Numbered from the stretch's first letter, positions 10,314 to 21,200 are shown. The stretch is DNA of 64,000 nt from Leidyana gryllorum EB-2025a (GCA_048772705.1 JBLWGC010000123.1:1-64000); one strand, 5' to 3'. The notes: generated by a model not told the origin, from the sequence alone. Translations and numbers: made by a program.

Positions 10314-10393
10314 CCGGGGGTAGCTCAGTTGGTAGAGCATCTGACTGTAGTGCGGGCATCAGATAGTCGGCGGTTCGATTCCGTCCCACCGGA
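10314..10393 (+). tRNA. tRNA-Tyr(GTA) with 7-nt intron
   Basis: C1-G72; TCTGA-CTGTAG[TGCGGGC]A-TCAGA. Confidence 0.88.
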
Positions 10394-10701
10394 AGTAGAG
10401 GGTCATCGGCAAACTACTACTCAACTTGATGAGCGTTGATAGGCCAACTAGACTACTCCGACGAGAATTCCATCTATATAGTTCGGATGGGCTGGGAATC
10501 GATCCAGAACCCTTCGTATACTAAGCCACCTTTTCATCATCTGGGCTAGCCTCCCTCTATGCCTACCTCATGGCATTGAGTGATACTTCACATAGTGATA
10601 CGAGTCTCTCGACTGTACCCAGCGGGTTGAACCATTTGGTCTAGCGGGTTCGATTCCCAGCCCGTCTGATAGTTGTTGACGCTACACGGCACCATTCGCC
10701 C

Positions 10702-10774
10702 AGACGCTACTGGGACTCGAACCCAGAATCCCCGGTTCCGTAGACCGATGCCATATCCATTAGGCCATAGCGCC
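10702..10774 (-). tRNA. tRNA-Arg(ACG)
   Basis: Intact. Confidence 0.9.
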
Positions 10775-10895
10775 GACTAACGGAGCCGTCAAATGGAAGT
10801 GTGTAGCGATCAAGAAAGGACATGGGCAGCTACCCCCGATCGTGAATTTGGACAGACTTCACCTACATCTCCCATTCGAGACATCGGGGACATAC

Positions 10896-10968
10896 TATCC
10901 AAGCCAGGATTCGGGCCTGAGTATGCACGGCCACAACTTGCTGTTGTAAGCACCTAGACGACCCGGAC
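10896..10968 (-). pseudogene. tRNA-His pseudogene (recurrent variant)
   Basis: Decayed His body. Confidence 0.72.
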
Positions 10969-11044
10969 AATCTTCAAGTGAGGCTGGTGGGTACCAAAGC
11001 CACTTAAGATGTCGGGCTATCGGGTTTCGTGTCCTTGCATTCCT

Positions 11045-11117
11045 GCCGCCCTAGCTCAGTCGGTTGAGCGCAAGACTCTTAATCTTGCAGTCGCGGGTTC
11101 GAGCCCCGCGGGCGGTG
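11045..11117 (+). tRNA. tRNA-Lys(CTT)
   Basis: Cloverleaf. Confidence 0.88.
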
Positions 11118-11177
11118 AGCATCTATTTCCCTGGGAGTAAGAATGGAACTGTTGCCTACAAGCACACTCAGCTGGAG

Positions 11178-11250
11178 TTCCACTGCCGGGACTGGAACCC
11201 GGATCGTGCGGGTGGGAGCCGCATACCCTAGCCACTTAGACTACAGTGGA
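11178..11250 (-). pseudogene. tRNA-Glu body with CCC anticodon
   Basis: Loop CTCCCAC; T-loop change. Confidence 0.75.
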
Positions 11251-11482
11251 CGAGTCACAACAGTTGCACTGACGAATGAGGCGCCAGAGAAGTGTGACTC
11301 GGTCTCAGATTGGAAGTTCACCTAGGTTTGGCGGGTGGGCGGCTATCTCAAGTGGTAAAGCGGTGACTTTGCACGCGAGAGGTCAGTTTAGACATCTATC
11401 AATGCCGCAGGGCAGGCTGAACATGGGGGTATTTGGTCACTTCCGCGACATGTCGAATTCGACAGGTGGCAACTTGCCAGGT

Positions 11483-11563
11483 GGCAACTTGCCCGAGTGG
11501 TTAAGGGGTAGACTAGAAATCTACTGGGCCTGGCCCGCGCCGGTTCGAATCCAGCAGTTGTCG
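11483..11563 (+). tRNA. tRNA-Ser(AGA)
   Basis: Cloverleaf; 1-nt deletion. Confidence 0.8.
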
Positions 11564-11887
11564 TGTTATGTGATCGGGCATCAACTCCATTCGGTCGTGG
11601 CTGTGCTATATCATTCCAGCTAGTCGCCCGCTGTGCAGACCCCATAGCAATTAGTGGTTCTTGACATATTATGTCCGACGGGCTGTTTGGTCTAGTGCTG
11701 TGACCCCTCCTCAGGGTGGAGTCCTGGTTCGATTCCCAGCACAGCCCTCTTGGTCGTCGGTTGACCCGATCGGACAAGTTGCCCCAGAACCAACACAGCC
11801 ACCTCGTTAGCCCACTTCGGTAAGGCAGTCAGCGCAACTAACCTCTCGAGAATCGCATTTCGGCTACCTCTGACATGTTGCAGACTA

Positions 11888-11959
11888 AGCAGTGTAGCTC
11901 AGTGGAAGAGTGTTGGGCTCATAACCCAAAGGTCCGTCGATCGAAACGACGCACTGCTA
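11888..11959 (+). tRNA. initiator tRNA-Met(CAT)
   Basis: A1-U72; GGG/CCC anticodon stem; GATCGAAAC. Confidence 0.93.
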
Positions 11960-12006
11960 AGTGTGCGCAGAAGGGAACAGTTGTAGGATAGATTGGCTCG
12001 TGAGCA

Positions 12007-12078
12007 AGCCTTCTGCCGGAATCGAACCGGCGACCTTTCGCTTACTAAGCGAATGCTCTGCCCCTAAGCTAAGAAGGC
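12007..12078 (-). tRNA. tRNA-Thr(AGT)
   Basis: Intact. Confidence 0.92.
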
Positions 12079-12154
12079 AATTCAAGCCGGGAATCACGCA
12101 TCAGTCCCTATTTACGCTAGTTATCAGAGCACTTTGATCGAGTACTTTAATGAC

Positions 12155-12227
12155 TTCCACTGCCGGGACTTGAACCCGGATCGTGCGGGTGAAAGCCGCA
12201 TATCCTAGCCACTTAGACTACAGTGGA
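12155..12227 (-). tRNA. tRNA-Glu(TTC)
   Basis: Intact. Confidence 0.92.
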
Positions 12228-12391
12228 CAAGTGCTCGAGCTTAGGCTTCGGCCGAGAGCCGAACCGTCTCGGAAAGATTCCACAAGACTTTTGAAGGGAG
12301 AACCGCGGGTTCGGGCGGCGCGAGCAGTCCTGGTCAAGCTTGCTGAACCGTATGTGACATCACTGGCCGCAAAATGCCGAGTTCGACAGGT

Positions 12392-12473
12392 GGCAACTTG
12401 CCCGAGTGATTAAGGGGGTAGACTCGAAATCTACTGGGCCTGGCCCGCGCTGGTTCAAATCCAGCAGTTGTCG
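12392..12473 (+). tRNA. tRNA-Ser(CGA)
   Basis: Cloverleaf. Confidence 0.87.
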
Positions 12474-12537
12474 TGCGATGTGATCGGAGGGTCGAACACC
12501 AACTCACGCGCAAATCTCAACCTTGTGCTATCTCCTC

Positions 12538-12609
12538 TGCATCTGCCGGGAATCGAACCCGGGTCTTCCGCGTGACAGGCGGAGACACTAACCACTATAC
12601 TGACTCGGA
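12538..12609 (-). pseudogene. Chimeric tRNA: Asp 5' part plus Gly(GCC) 3' acceptor strand
   Basis: Junction within the shared GACCCGGGTTCGATTCCCGG. Confidence 0.82.
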
Positions 12610-12700
12610 CGCTCCGAACACGCCGGCCTCCAATCCCAGAAGTCTTTCTATTTCGGCTCACGGACAAAAAACGCGTGGAGCGACGAACCAACAAGACTGC

Positions 12701-12780
12701 GGCAATATGGCCGAGTGGTCTAAGGCGCTGTGTTCAGGCCGCAGTCCGAAAGGGCGTGGGTTCGAATCCAACTCTTGTCA
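12701..12780 (+). tRNA. tRNA-Leu(CAG)
   Basis: Cloverleaf with mismatches. Confidence 0.8.
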
Positions 12781-12840
12781 GTCATGGTATCGGCACTCGG
12801 TCAGCCACTTGATGCGATAGGTCGTCCATGTTGTACGGAT

Positions 12841-12913
12841 GGGCGGCTAGCTCAGATGGTGCAGCGCTCGCTTTGCATGCGAGAGGTACTGGGATCGATA
12901 CCCAGGTCATCCA
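12841..12913 (+). tRNA. tRNA-Ala(TGC)
   Basis: Cloverleaf with mismatches. Confidence 0.82.
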
Positions 12914-13002
12914 AACGCCATGCAACTTTGGCTGCAGAGAAACGGCTGGCGCGTGGTCCAAAAACGTGAATGTTGTTATTTCAATCTAGTCGAAAAGCTG
13001 CC

Positions 13003-13075
13003 GCCTACGTGGCGCAATGGATAGCGCGTTGGACTTCTAATCCAAAGGTTGCGAGTTCGAGTCTCGCCGTAGGTA
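13003..13075 (+). tRNA. tRNA-Arg(TCT)
   Basis: Intact. Confidence 0.92.
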
Positions 13076-13567
13076 GCCAAATGCTCAGCACTTTACTTCG
13101 ATGATTTGGCTGACTAGCTGCCTTCGCTGTGGAATGTTGCCCACTGTAGTCTGAGTGGCTAGGATATGCGGCCTCACCCGCAAGCTCCGCGCTCAAGTCC
13201 GGCAGTGGAAGTCAGTGGTTGAAGTCAGTTGAATATTTGAGCAAAGTGCCCAGCAATCTCCGTCAATAGTGTCTGATTCGTGATCTTCGGCTTGCATTGC
13301 CTTCTTAGCTTTAGGGGCAGAGCGTTCGCTCCGTAATCGAGAAGTCGCCGGTTCGATTCCGGCAGAAGGCTTGACTGCATCGACTGGGCACCTGCAAAGC
13401 TTAAGTCTCTCAAGCTCCAATCATCTTAGCCGAGCCTCGTAGTTCAGCCACCAGAGGGTAAGTCTTAGCCACAAAGTCGCAGACTGGAACCTGCCAGTAC
13501 TTGAGGCACCCACTAGCTCAACGCAGACTGCGGCCGAGTCTCGGGGTGCTGGAGCTCTTTCTCGAGT

Positions 13568-13637
13568 GCACTTGTGGTCCAAGGGTAGGATGTGAGCTTC
13601 CCATGCTCGCAGCCCGGGTTCGAGTCCGGCAGGTGCA
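13568..13637 (+). tRNA. tRNA-Gly(CCC)
   Basis: Cloverleaf; 1-nt deletion. Confidence 0.78.
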
Positions 13638-13712
13638 GCCGATCGTACAGGCTTGACCATGGCTGCAACAATATTTTCAACCGGGGCGAAGAGCAATGCA
13701 CTTTCGACTGCT

Positions 13713-13784
13713 TGTCCGAGCCAGGAATCGAGCCTGGGTTTGCACGGCCACAACGTGCTGTCCTAACCACTAGACGACTCGGAC
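13713..13784 (-). tRNA. tRNA-His(GTG)
   Basis: Cloverleaf. Confidence 0.88.
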
Positions 13785-13934
13785 AATCTTTGAGCGAGGC
13801 TGTAGAGGTAGCGAATCATCGATCAGGATGGAATGGAACAGGAGTGTCAGACGAACTACGTTGTAAGAAGTGCACTCCTCAACTCCCGGCGGGACGGAAT
13901 TTCTGGAATGGTGGAAAAACAACCATGTGTCCTC

Positions 13935-14005
13935 TGCATCTGCCGGGAATCGAACCCGGGTCGTCTCGATGGCAACGAGACATTCTACCACTAGACCACA
14001 GATGC
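13935..14005 (-). tRNA. tRNA-Gly(GCC)
   Basis: Intact. Confidence 0.92.
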
Positions 14006-14129
14006 GTGACACCTCCATTCCCGACCACAAAGTAATGAGTCTGCAGCGGGGGATGGTTTTGGGCCTTTGATACAGCATCCCCGTGCACCCTTTTAACAGG
14101 AGGAGATGCATCGAGAGAAGTTTCACTAG

Positions 14130-14202
14130 GGGAGTGTAGCGCAGTCGGCAGCGCGTAGGTCTCATAATCCTGAAGTCGAGAGTTCGATCCTCTCCACTCC
14201 CA
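14130..14202 (+). tRNA. elongator tRNA-Met(CAT)
   Basis: Intact; G1-C72. Confidence 0.9.
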
Positions 14203-14384
14203 GGGTCGGAATCGAAACCGCCGACAAACTCATCATGCTATCATCTTGCATCTGTCGGGAATCGCAAACGGGTTATCTCGATGCCAGCGAGTGAGTTTTC
14301 CACTAGACCACAGATGCAGAACACCATCCTGTTCAATCTCGTACGTGATGACAGCCATTCCTTATAAGCCTATCGATGCATCAA

Positions 14385-14456
14385 AGCCTTCTGCCGGAAT
14401 CGAACCGGCGACTTCTCGCTTACGAAGCGAACGCTTTGCCCCTAAGCTACGAAGGC
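14385..14456 (-). tRNA. tRNA-Thr(CGT)
   Basis: Cloverleaf with mismatches. Confidence 0.82.
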
Positions 14457-14530
14457 AATGTGAGCCGGAGATAACGAAGCAATCGCTATTGACGGAGATT
14501 AGTGGCACTTTGCTCGAGTAGTCCAATAAC

Positions 14531-14603
14531 TCCTACTGCCGGGACTTGAACCCGGATCGTGCGGGTGAGAGCCGCATATCCTAGCCACTTAGACTACAGT
14601 GGA
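14531..14603 (-). tRNA. tRNA-Glu(CTC)
   Basis: 3' acceptor altered. Confidence 0.8.
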
Positions 14604-14727
14604 CAACTCCCTCAGCTGTGGCGTGTTCAGAGCGTCCGAGATAGCATAGTGGTTACTATTTTCGCATGTCATGCCTCAGAAGCGGGCCCGATTGCCGGTA
14701 AATGAGTCTGGAACGGGGGATGGTTTT

Positions 14728-14799
14728 GGGCCTATGGCGCAACGGTAGCGCGTCTGACTCCAGATCAGAAGGTTGGGTGTTCGAATCACTCTGGGCTCA
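14728..14799 (+). tRNA. tRNA-Trp(CCA)
   Basis: Intact. Confidence 0.92.
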
Positions 14800-14835
14800 A
14801 CCGGACTCTATGTTTTTCCCGTTTGGGGCGCAACC

Positions 14836-14915
14836 TGACAAAAGTGGGATTCGAACCCACGACCTTTCGGACTGCGGTCTGAGCACAGCGCCTCAGACCA
14901 CTCGGTCATCTTGCC
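14836..14915 (-). tRNA. tRNA-Leu(CAG), degenerate
   Basis: Mismatches. Confidence 0.75.
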
Positions 14916-15009
14916 GGGATGTTGTTGGCTCGCCGCTCCAAGCGTTTTCTATCCCTTGAATCTCAAGATGGAAGGACTGTTGGGGTTTCAGGCCGGTGTG
15001 TTCGGAGCG

Positions 15010-15081
15010 TCCGAGATAGTATAGTGGTTAGTATTTCCGCCTGTCACGCGGAAGACCCGGGTTCGATTCCCGGTCTCGGAG
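15010..15081 (+). tRNA. tRNA-Asp(GTC)
   Basis: Intact. Confidence 0.92.
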
Positions 15082-15218
15082 CAGTTCCAGCCCTCACAAC
15101 TGGTGCAACTCAGATTTTGTCGCAGCTGGTCTGGACTTCATTCGGGATTGTACGAGTGGGAGCCGCGTATAGAAGCCGACCTTGGAGAGACGTGGCATTG
15201 AGTCAACAACTATCAGAC

Positions 15219-15290
15219 GGGCTGTTCTGGGAATCGAACCCAGGACTTCTTCCACCCGAAGGAAGAATCATACCACTAGACCAAACAGCC
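15219..15290 (-). tRNA. tRNA-Pro(CGG)
   Basis: Intact. Confidence 0.92.
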
Positions 15291-15377
15291 GGCTGTCGGT
15301 CGAGCAACCCGCTGAGTACAGTCGAGAGAGTGGTCATACGATGTTGAGAACAAAGAAATCGATGGGGTCTGCGCAAC

Positions 15378-15450
15378 GGGCGACTAGCTCAAATGGTAGA
15401 GCGCTCGCTTAGCATGCGAGAGGTACTGGGATCGATGCCCAGGTCGTCCA
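15378..15450 (+). tRNA. tRNA-Ala(AGC)
   Basis: Intact. Confidence 0.92.
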
Positions 15451-15725
15451 AAGTACGTACGGCTGCACGTGCCGGGATCTCACCATCTTTGAAGGGTCGC
15501 AGACCACAATTGCCATTGCGATACCAGCCCAGTCAGTGTCTAGCGTGCCTCTGAAAGCGCTCCTGGCAGGTTCCGAGCCTGCGACTTTGCGGTTAACAGC
15601 CACACCCTCTGCTGCCTGAGCTACAAGACCCCTTACAATGTTTCAGAGGTTAGTAGAGAGACCCTCCTCTTCCTACAACAGTTCGCACGGGGTGCCCGAG
15701 GGAAGGTGTAATCAGTTACAGTCTC

Positions 15726-15807
15726 GGCAAGGTGGCCGAGCGGTTAAGGCGGCGGCCTGCTAAGCCGTTGGGTTTCACCCGCGTGAATTCGAATCTCACC
15801 CTTGTCG
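15726..15807 (+). tRNA. tRNA-Ser(GCT)
   Basis: One T-stem mismatch. Confidence 0.85.
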
Positions 15808-16024
15808 GTAGCATTCGCGGAGAGCGCAATTGCTTCAATGATTGAAGTGAGCTTTCTGTCCGACTCAAATCCAACGATCTACGCTGGGCGCTATATACAG
15901 GAGCCGATTAAATTTTCCAGACGTCAGTAGAGAGACCCGTGTTGCGTGTGTCCAGTTGAGGAAGCGCTAGTCCGGATAATTCTACCGACTCAATTCTACC
16001 GACTCTTCTGGGATGGGCTGAATC

Positions 16025-16096
16025 GGTTGCGTGGTGTAGTGGTTAGCACTGGAGACTCTGAATCTCCCGACCTGGGTTCGATTCCCGGCGCGACCT
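16025..16096 (+). tRNA. tRNA-Gln(CTG)
   Basis: Intact. Confidence 0.92.
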
Positions 16097-16160
16097 TGGA
16101 ACTGGTCCTCACTGCTCCGTGAAACTTCGCCACTCCTCTTGGGCTGGGGGGACCATTCAT

Positions 16161-16303
16161 GCAGCCACCGTCTAGTGGTTACGACGTCTGCTTAACACGC
16201 AGAAAGTCCGAGGTGAATCCTCGGTGGATGTAGCTCCCACGGTCTAGTGGTTACGACGTCTGCTGAACACGCAGAAAGTCCGAGGTGAATCCTCGGTGGG
16301 GTA
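16161..16303 (+). pseudogene. Tandemly duplicated tRNA-Val pseudogenes
   Basis: B-box decayed; same pair inverted at ~41370-41512. Confidence 0.78.
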
Positions 16304-16358
16304 ACTCCTAACTTTCAGCGAGAACCACAGGAGAGAATCTTAAGCGAAACCACCTGTG

Positions 16359-16430
16359 CTCCGAGACCGGGAATCGAACCCGGGTCCTCCGCGTGACAGG
16401 CGGAAATACTAACCACTATACTATCTCGGA
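16359..16430 (-). tRNA. tRNA-Asp(GTC)
   Basis: Cloverleaf. Confidence 0.88.
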
Positions 16431-16589
16431 CGCTCTCAACACGCCGGCCTCCCATCCCAGAAGTCTTTCTATTTTGGCTCACGGACAAAAAACGCGTGGA
16501 GCGATGAACCAACAACACTGGGCAAGATAGCCGAGTTGTCTAAGGCGCTGTGCTCAGACCGCTGTCCGAAAGGGCGAGGATCTGGGGTT

Positions 16590-17192
16590 TGTTGTAGTTC
16601 GTGTTTGCCTGATGGTCAACTTCCTATCGGGTGGCCAAATTCGACTTGGGGTGAATTTCCAATCGAATTAACATCCATCTGGATACTTCCCTACATATTT
16701 GGCACTTATATAGGGGCATGTATACGATGGTGGAAAGGCATTATTAACGAACGTAAAGCAACTACTACTAAAGCGTAAAGGCAAATGCACCCTAGTGGTC
16801 TGAGCTCTCTGCGACAGTGTAACTGTGCAGACACTCACATGAATGATCAGAGTGTGGTGTCGGGGAGAACTACCGTGTGTGTCCAGCGCGAGGCTCCGCA
16901 AGAGTGCGAGCGACTGGCACATGGGTGGATTGAGAGAGACACCAGAGCGAGAGACACACGCAAGCAAAGTTGGCTAAGTCAGAGTTGGACTAGGCAAGAG
17001 GCGGCCTAAGATAACTTTTGCACTTGGTACAACAAGTCGTAGTTCTTGTTTTGCGCCGTCGTGTGCGACATATTCGTGGTAGACTTGTCGGCAAAAATAC
17101 TAACTTGGTTCTAAGTCTGACTTGTGGTCGAAAGTATGCAGAGATGAGAACTGGGCCTCGTTCCCCTTGAGTAGCGACTTGGGGTTACAACA
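16590..17192. mobile_element. Solo-LTR-like element, family A
   Basis: Same sequence as 1418-2021; TSD GGGTT at 16585-16589 and 17193-17197. Confidence 0.9.
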
Positions 17193-17228
17193 GGGTTGAG
17201 CCTTTTGAACACCGGAGCAGTTGGACGG

Positions 17229-17308
17229 CCGGGGGTAGCTCAGTTGGTAGAGCATCTGACTGTGGTGATGGCATCAGATAGTCGGCGGTTCGATTCCGCC
17301 TCACCGGA
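17229..17308 (+). pseudogene. tRNA-Tyr with intron; anticodon mutated to GTG
   Basis: CTGTGG[TGATGGC]A. Confidence 0.75.
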
Positions 17309-17496
17309 AGTAGAGTGGTGGTTGGCAGACTACTACTCAACCTGATGGGTTTTGCAGACATCGTTGATGGGCCAACTGGAATGAATCTGGCGAAGATTCC
17401 ATGCATATACAACTCAAATCTTGTCTCAGCTGTCGGAGCAGCATATCTTAGACAACCTTGAAGAGACGTGGCGTATTGAGTCAACAACTGACAGAC

Positions 17497-17568
17497 GGGC
17501 TGTTCTGGGAATCGAACCCAGGACTTCTTCCACCCAAAGGAAGAATCATACCCTTAGACCAAACAGCC
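17497..17568 (-). tRNA. tRNA-Pro(TGG)
   Basis: Cloverleaf. Confidence 0.87.
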
Positions 17569-18047
17569 GACAACCCACCATCCCGGTACAACCCCCAGTA
17601 CTGTGGAATCAGTCGAGCACGCCTTTCGGCTCCCTCTTTCATGTTGGACACTGAGAAGCGTGGCTCAGTGGGAGAGTGTTGGGCTCCTGACAGGAGGGTC
17701 CGTCGGTCGAAACGACGCACTGCTAAGCGTCAGCAGGAGGACACACTTATAGAAATGATACAGGCGTCTTTTGGATTCAAGAGCTCCCCGATCCGGCTAT
17801 CGACGCTACACGTTTGGCGTGCAAAGTCACCTCTCTACCACTTGAAATAGCCGCCAACCCGCCAAACCCAAGTGAATCTTCCCCGCCTCGGTTCCTCAAC
17901 AGTGGCACCTCGAGCTCTCAAGCTCAACACTGCGGCACAGATCGCGGGGTGGTCGGAGATGCCAAACTCGAATTTGGATCGCGTAAGTCTGCATGGCTCG
18001 GAATGTCAGCCACTCTTGTCGATTCCGCTGTGGAGCGAGACCACGAG

Positions 18048-18117
18048 AACGGTGGGCGGGACTCAAACCCACAACCTTTGCCTCCGGAGGGCAACACGCT
18101 ATCCGTTGCGCCACCGC
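18048..18117 (-). pseudogene. tRNA-Arg(CCG), degenerate
   Basis: Homologous to 61996-62068. Confidence 0.72.
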
Positions 18118-18288
18118 ACAATCCACAGCCTCACTGTCTGCGACCCCTGAGTCGGTGATATCGCCTGGCCCCGCTGGTTCGATTCAGCACTTGTCAAGTG
18201 GACGTAGTAGGCGGAGTTCGAAAGACTCCTTATCTTATTTGAGACACGGGTATCAACTCTGCTAGACCCTCGTCAGAGCCTAGCAAAA

Positions 18289-18360
18289 GGGCTGTTCTGG
18301 GAATCGAACCCAGGACTCCTTCCACCCTAAGGAAGGATCATACCACTAGACCAAACAGCC
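18289..18360 (-). tRNA. tRNA-Pro(AGG)
   Basis: Intact. Confidence 0.9.
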
Positions 18361-18553
18361 GACTGGTCGGTGGTGCAAATTGCTGGTAGAGTCGGGAGAC
18401 TGGTCATAATATGTCAGCGGCTAGCTCAAATGATATAGCACTCGCTTAAGATGCGAGAGATACTGGGATCAATGCCCAGGTCGTCCAAACTTCCAATGCG
18501 GTATTTGAAAACAGAGTCACGACCGAATGGAGTTGATGCCCGATCACATAACA

Positions 18554-18635
18554 CGACAACTGCTGCATTCGAACCAGCGCGGGCCAGGCCCAGTAGATTT
18601 CTAGTCTACCCCCTTAACCACTCGGGCAAGTTGCC
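18554..18635 (-). tRNA. tRNA-Ser(AGA)
   Basis: One T-stem mismatch. Confidence 0.84.
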
Positions 18636-18864
18636 ACCTGTCCAACTCGGCATTTTGCGGCCAGTGCCGTCACATACGGTTCAACAAGCTTTACTAGGAC
18701 TGCTCGCGCCGCCCGAACCCGCGGTTCTCCCTTCAAAAGTCTTGCGCTCTACCGACGGAGTTGGGGCGGCAAGAAGCTCGGACTTGGTAACAAATTCCAG
18801 TCGTATTGATGGTGGAATCTTTCCGAGACGGTTCGGCAGGCCGAAGCCTAAACTCGAGCACTTG

Positions 18865-18937
18865 TCCACTGTAGTCTAAGTGGCTAGGATATGCGGCTCT
18901 CACCCGCACGATCCGGGTTCAAGTCCCGGCAGTGGAA
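18865..18937 (+). tRNA. tRNA-Glu(CTC)
   Basis: Intact. Confidence 0.92.
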
Positions 18938-19268
18938 GTCATTGAAGTACTCGAGCAAAGTGCTCCACTAATCTCCGTCAGTAGCCATCGTTTCGTTGTC
19001 TCCAACTTACATTGCCTTCGAAGCTTAGGGGCAGAGCGTTCGCTTCCTAAACGAGAAGGCGCCGGCTCGATTCCGGCAGAAGGCTTTGATGCATCGATAG
19101 GCTTATAAAGAATGGCTGTCCACCAGGTACAAGAGTCAACAGAATCGTGTTCTGCATCTGTGGTCTAGTGGAAGAGTCTCTCGCTGCCATCAAGATAGCC
19201 CGTGTGCGATTCCCGACAGATGCAAAACGATAGCATGATGAGTTTGTCGGCGATTGCGATTCCGACCC

Positions 19269-19341
19269 TGGGAGTGGAGAGGATCGAACTCTCGACTTCA
19301 GGATTATGAGACCTACGCGCTACCGACTGCGCTACACTCCC
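19269..19341 (-). tRNA. elongator tRNA-Met(CAT)
   Basis: Intact. Confidence 0.92.
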
Positions 19342-19575
19342 CCCCGACTGTCTCCGAAGAATCACCCGAACCCAGAACCATGCTGCCAGGCAGGTTGGGT
19401 CAAGATACAACAAAGCGGGCTGTTCTGGGAATCGAACCCAGCACTCAATCCACCCTAAGGAAGGATATACCACTAGACCAAACAGCTGACTGGTCGGTGG
19501 TGCAATCCGCGGGTAGAGTCGAGAGAGTGGTCATGCTATGTTGGCAACCGATAAATGCGATGGGGACTGCACGTC

Positions 19576-19647
19576 GGGCGACTGGCTCAGATGGTAAAGC
19601 GCTCGCTTAGCATGCGAAAGGTATGGGATCGATGTCCAGGTCGTCCA
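19576..19647 (+). pseudogene. tRNA-Ala(AGC), degenerate
   Basis: Mismatches and deletion. Confidence 0.72.
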
Positions 19648-19920
19648 AACTTCGTACGGCTGCACCTGCCGCTATGTATTTACCGAGTTGAGAGCCTTTG
19701 ATTGTGCCCTGTAGCCCTTGGATAGACTTTGGCATCGCAATACGGTCTAGGGTGCCTGAGACCGCCGACCTGCGACTTAGTATTTAACAATCACACGCTT
19801 TGCCCACTGCGCTACAAGAGCCAGTTGAATATTTTGGAGGTTAGTAGAAAAACCCGTTTTGCATGTGTGGGGAAGCTCTAGTCCGGATGGCTCTATCAAC
19901 TCTTTGAGAAGGGCTAAATC

Positions 19921-19992
19921 GGTTGCGTGGTGTAGTGGTTAGCACTGGAGACTTTGAATCTCCCGACCTGGGTTCGATTCCCGGGGCGACCT
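19921..19992 (+). tRNA. tRNA-Gln(TTG)
   Basis: Cloverleaf. Confidence 0.85.
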
Positions 19993-20055
19993 TGAAACTA
20001 GTCCTCACTACTTCGTGAAACCTCCCTACTAGCTTTGGTCTGCGGGACCTGCCGT

Positions 20056-20128
20056 GCAGCCATGGTCTAGTGGTTACGACGTCTGCTTCACACGCAGAAG
20101 GTCCCGAGTTCGATCCTCGGTGGCTGTA
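20056..20128 (+). tRNA. tRNA-Val(CAC)
   Basis: Intact. Confidence 0.92.
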
Positions 20129-20184
20129 GCTCGCAACTTTCAGCGAGAACCAAAGGAGAGAATCTTAGAGCGAAACCACCTGCG

Positions 20185-20256
20185 CTCCGAGACCGGGAAT
20201 CGAACCCGGGTCTTCCGAGTGTCAGGCGGAAATACTAACCACTAGACTATCTCGGC
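20185..20256 (-). pseudogene. tRNA-Asp, degenerate anticodon loop
   Basis: Asp body. Confidence 0.75.
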
Positions 20257-20342
20257 CGCTCTAAATACGCCGGCCTCCAACTTCAAAAGTCTTTCCATTT
20301 TGTTATCTCAATTGTACTCAGCGGGTTGCACGACCGACAGGC

Positions 20343-20414
20343 GGCTGTTTGGTCTAGTGGTATGATTCTTCCTTCGGGTGGAAGAAGTCCTGGGTTCGAC
20401 TCCCAGAAGAGCCC
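20343..20414 (+). tRNA. tRNA-Pro(CGG)
   Basis: One acceptor mismatch. Confidence 0.85.
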
Positions 20415-20552
20415 GTCTGATAGTTGTTGACTGAATGCCACGTCTCTCCAAGGTCGGCTACCATACGCGGCTCCCACTCGTATAATCCCGGATGAAGTCC
20501 AGACCAGCTGAGACAAAATCTGAGTTGCAGCAGTTGTGAGGGGCTGGAACTG

Positions 20553-20624
20553 CTCCGAGACCGGGAATCGAACCCGGGTCTTCCGCGTGACAGGCGGAAA
20601 TACTAACCACTATACTATCTCGGA
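20553..20624 (-). tRNA. tRNA-Asp(GTC)
   Basis: Intact. Confidence 0.92.
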
Positions 20625-20818
20625 CGCTCTGAACACGCCGCCCTCCAACCCCAAAAGTCCTTCCATTTTGAGATGTCAAGCACAGAAAACGCGTGGAGCG
20701 GCGAGCCAACAACATGCCGGCAAAGATGGCCGAGTTGCCCAAGACGCTGTGCTCAGACTGCAGTCCGAAAGCTCGAGGATCTGGGGTTAAGCCTTTCGAA
20801 CCCCGGAGCAGTTGGACA

Positions 20819-20898
20819 GCGGGGGAAAGCTCAGTTGGTAGAGCATCTGACTGTAGTGCTGGCATCAGATAGTCGGCGCTTCGGTTCCGTCCCACCGG
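20819..20898 (+). pseudogene. tRNA-Tyr(GTA), degenerate
   Basis: Intron present; T-arm decayed. Confidence 0.75.
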
Positions 20899-21128
20899 AT
20901 GGTTTTGGCACACAGCGTTGATAGGCCAACTAGACAACTCCGGCGAGGCTTCCATCTATTGTAGTTCGGAAAGGTTGGGAATCGATCCCAGAACCTTTCG
21001 TATACTAAGCCACCGTTTCATCATCTGGGCTAGCCTCCCACTGTGCCTACCTCATGGCATTGAGTGATACTTCACATAGTGAGACGAGTCTCTCGACTGT
21101 ACCCAGCGGGTTGAACCACCGGCTAGGC

Positions 21129-21200
21129 GGCCGTTTGGTCTAGTGGTATGATCCTTCCTTAGGGTGGAAGGAGTCCTGGGTTCGATTCCCAGAACAGCCC
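21129..21200 (+). tRNA. tRNA-Pro(AGG)
   Basis: Cloverleaf. Confidence 0.87.

Larger units (their letters stand above)
10690..12480. repeat. Segmental duplication; inverted copy at ~32900-34670
   Basis: Arg-His-Lys-Glu-Ser-Pro-iMet-Thr-Glu-Ser block reversed. Confidence 0.88.

Noticed and set aside
11330-11410. Possible tRNA-Sec or novel structured RNA
   Set aside because: No TCA anticodon; it aligns as a decayed Ala(TGC) gene
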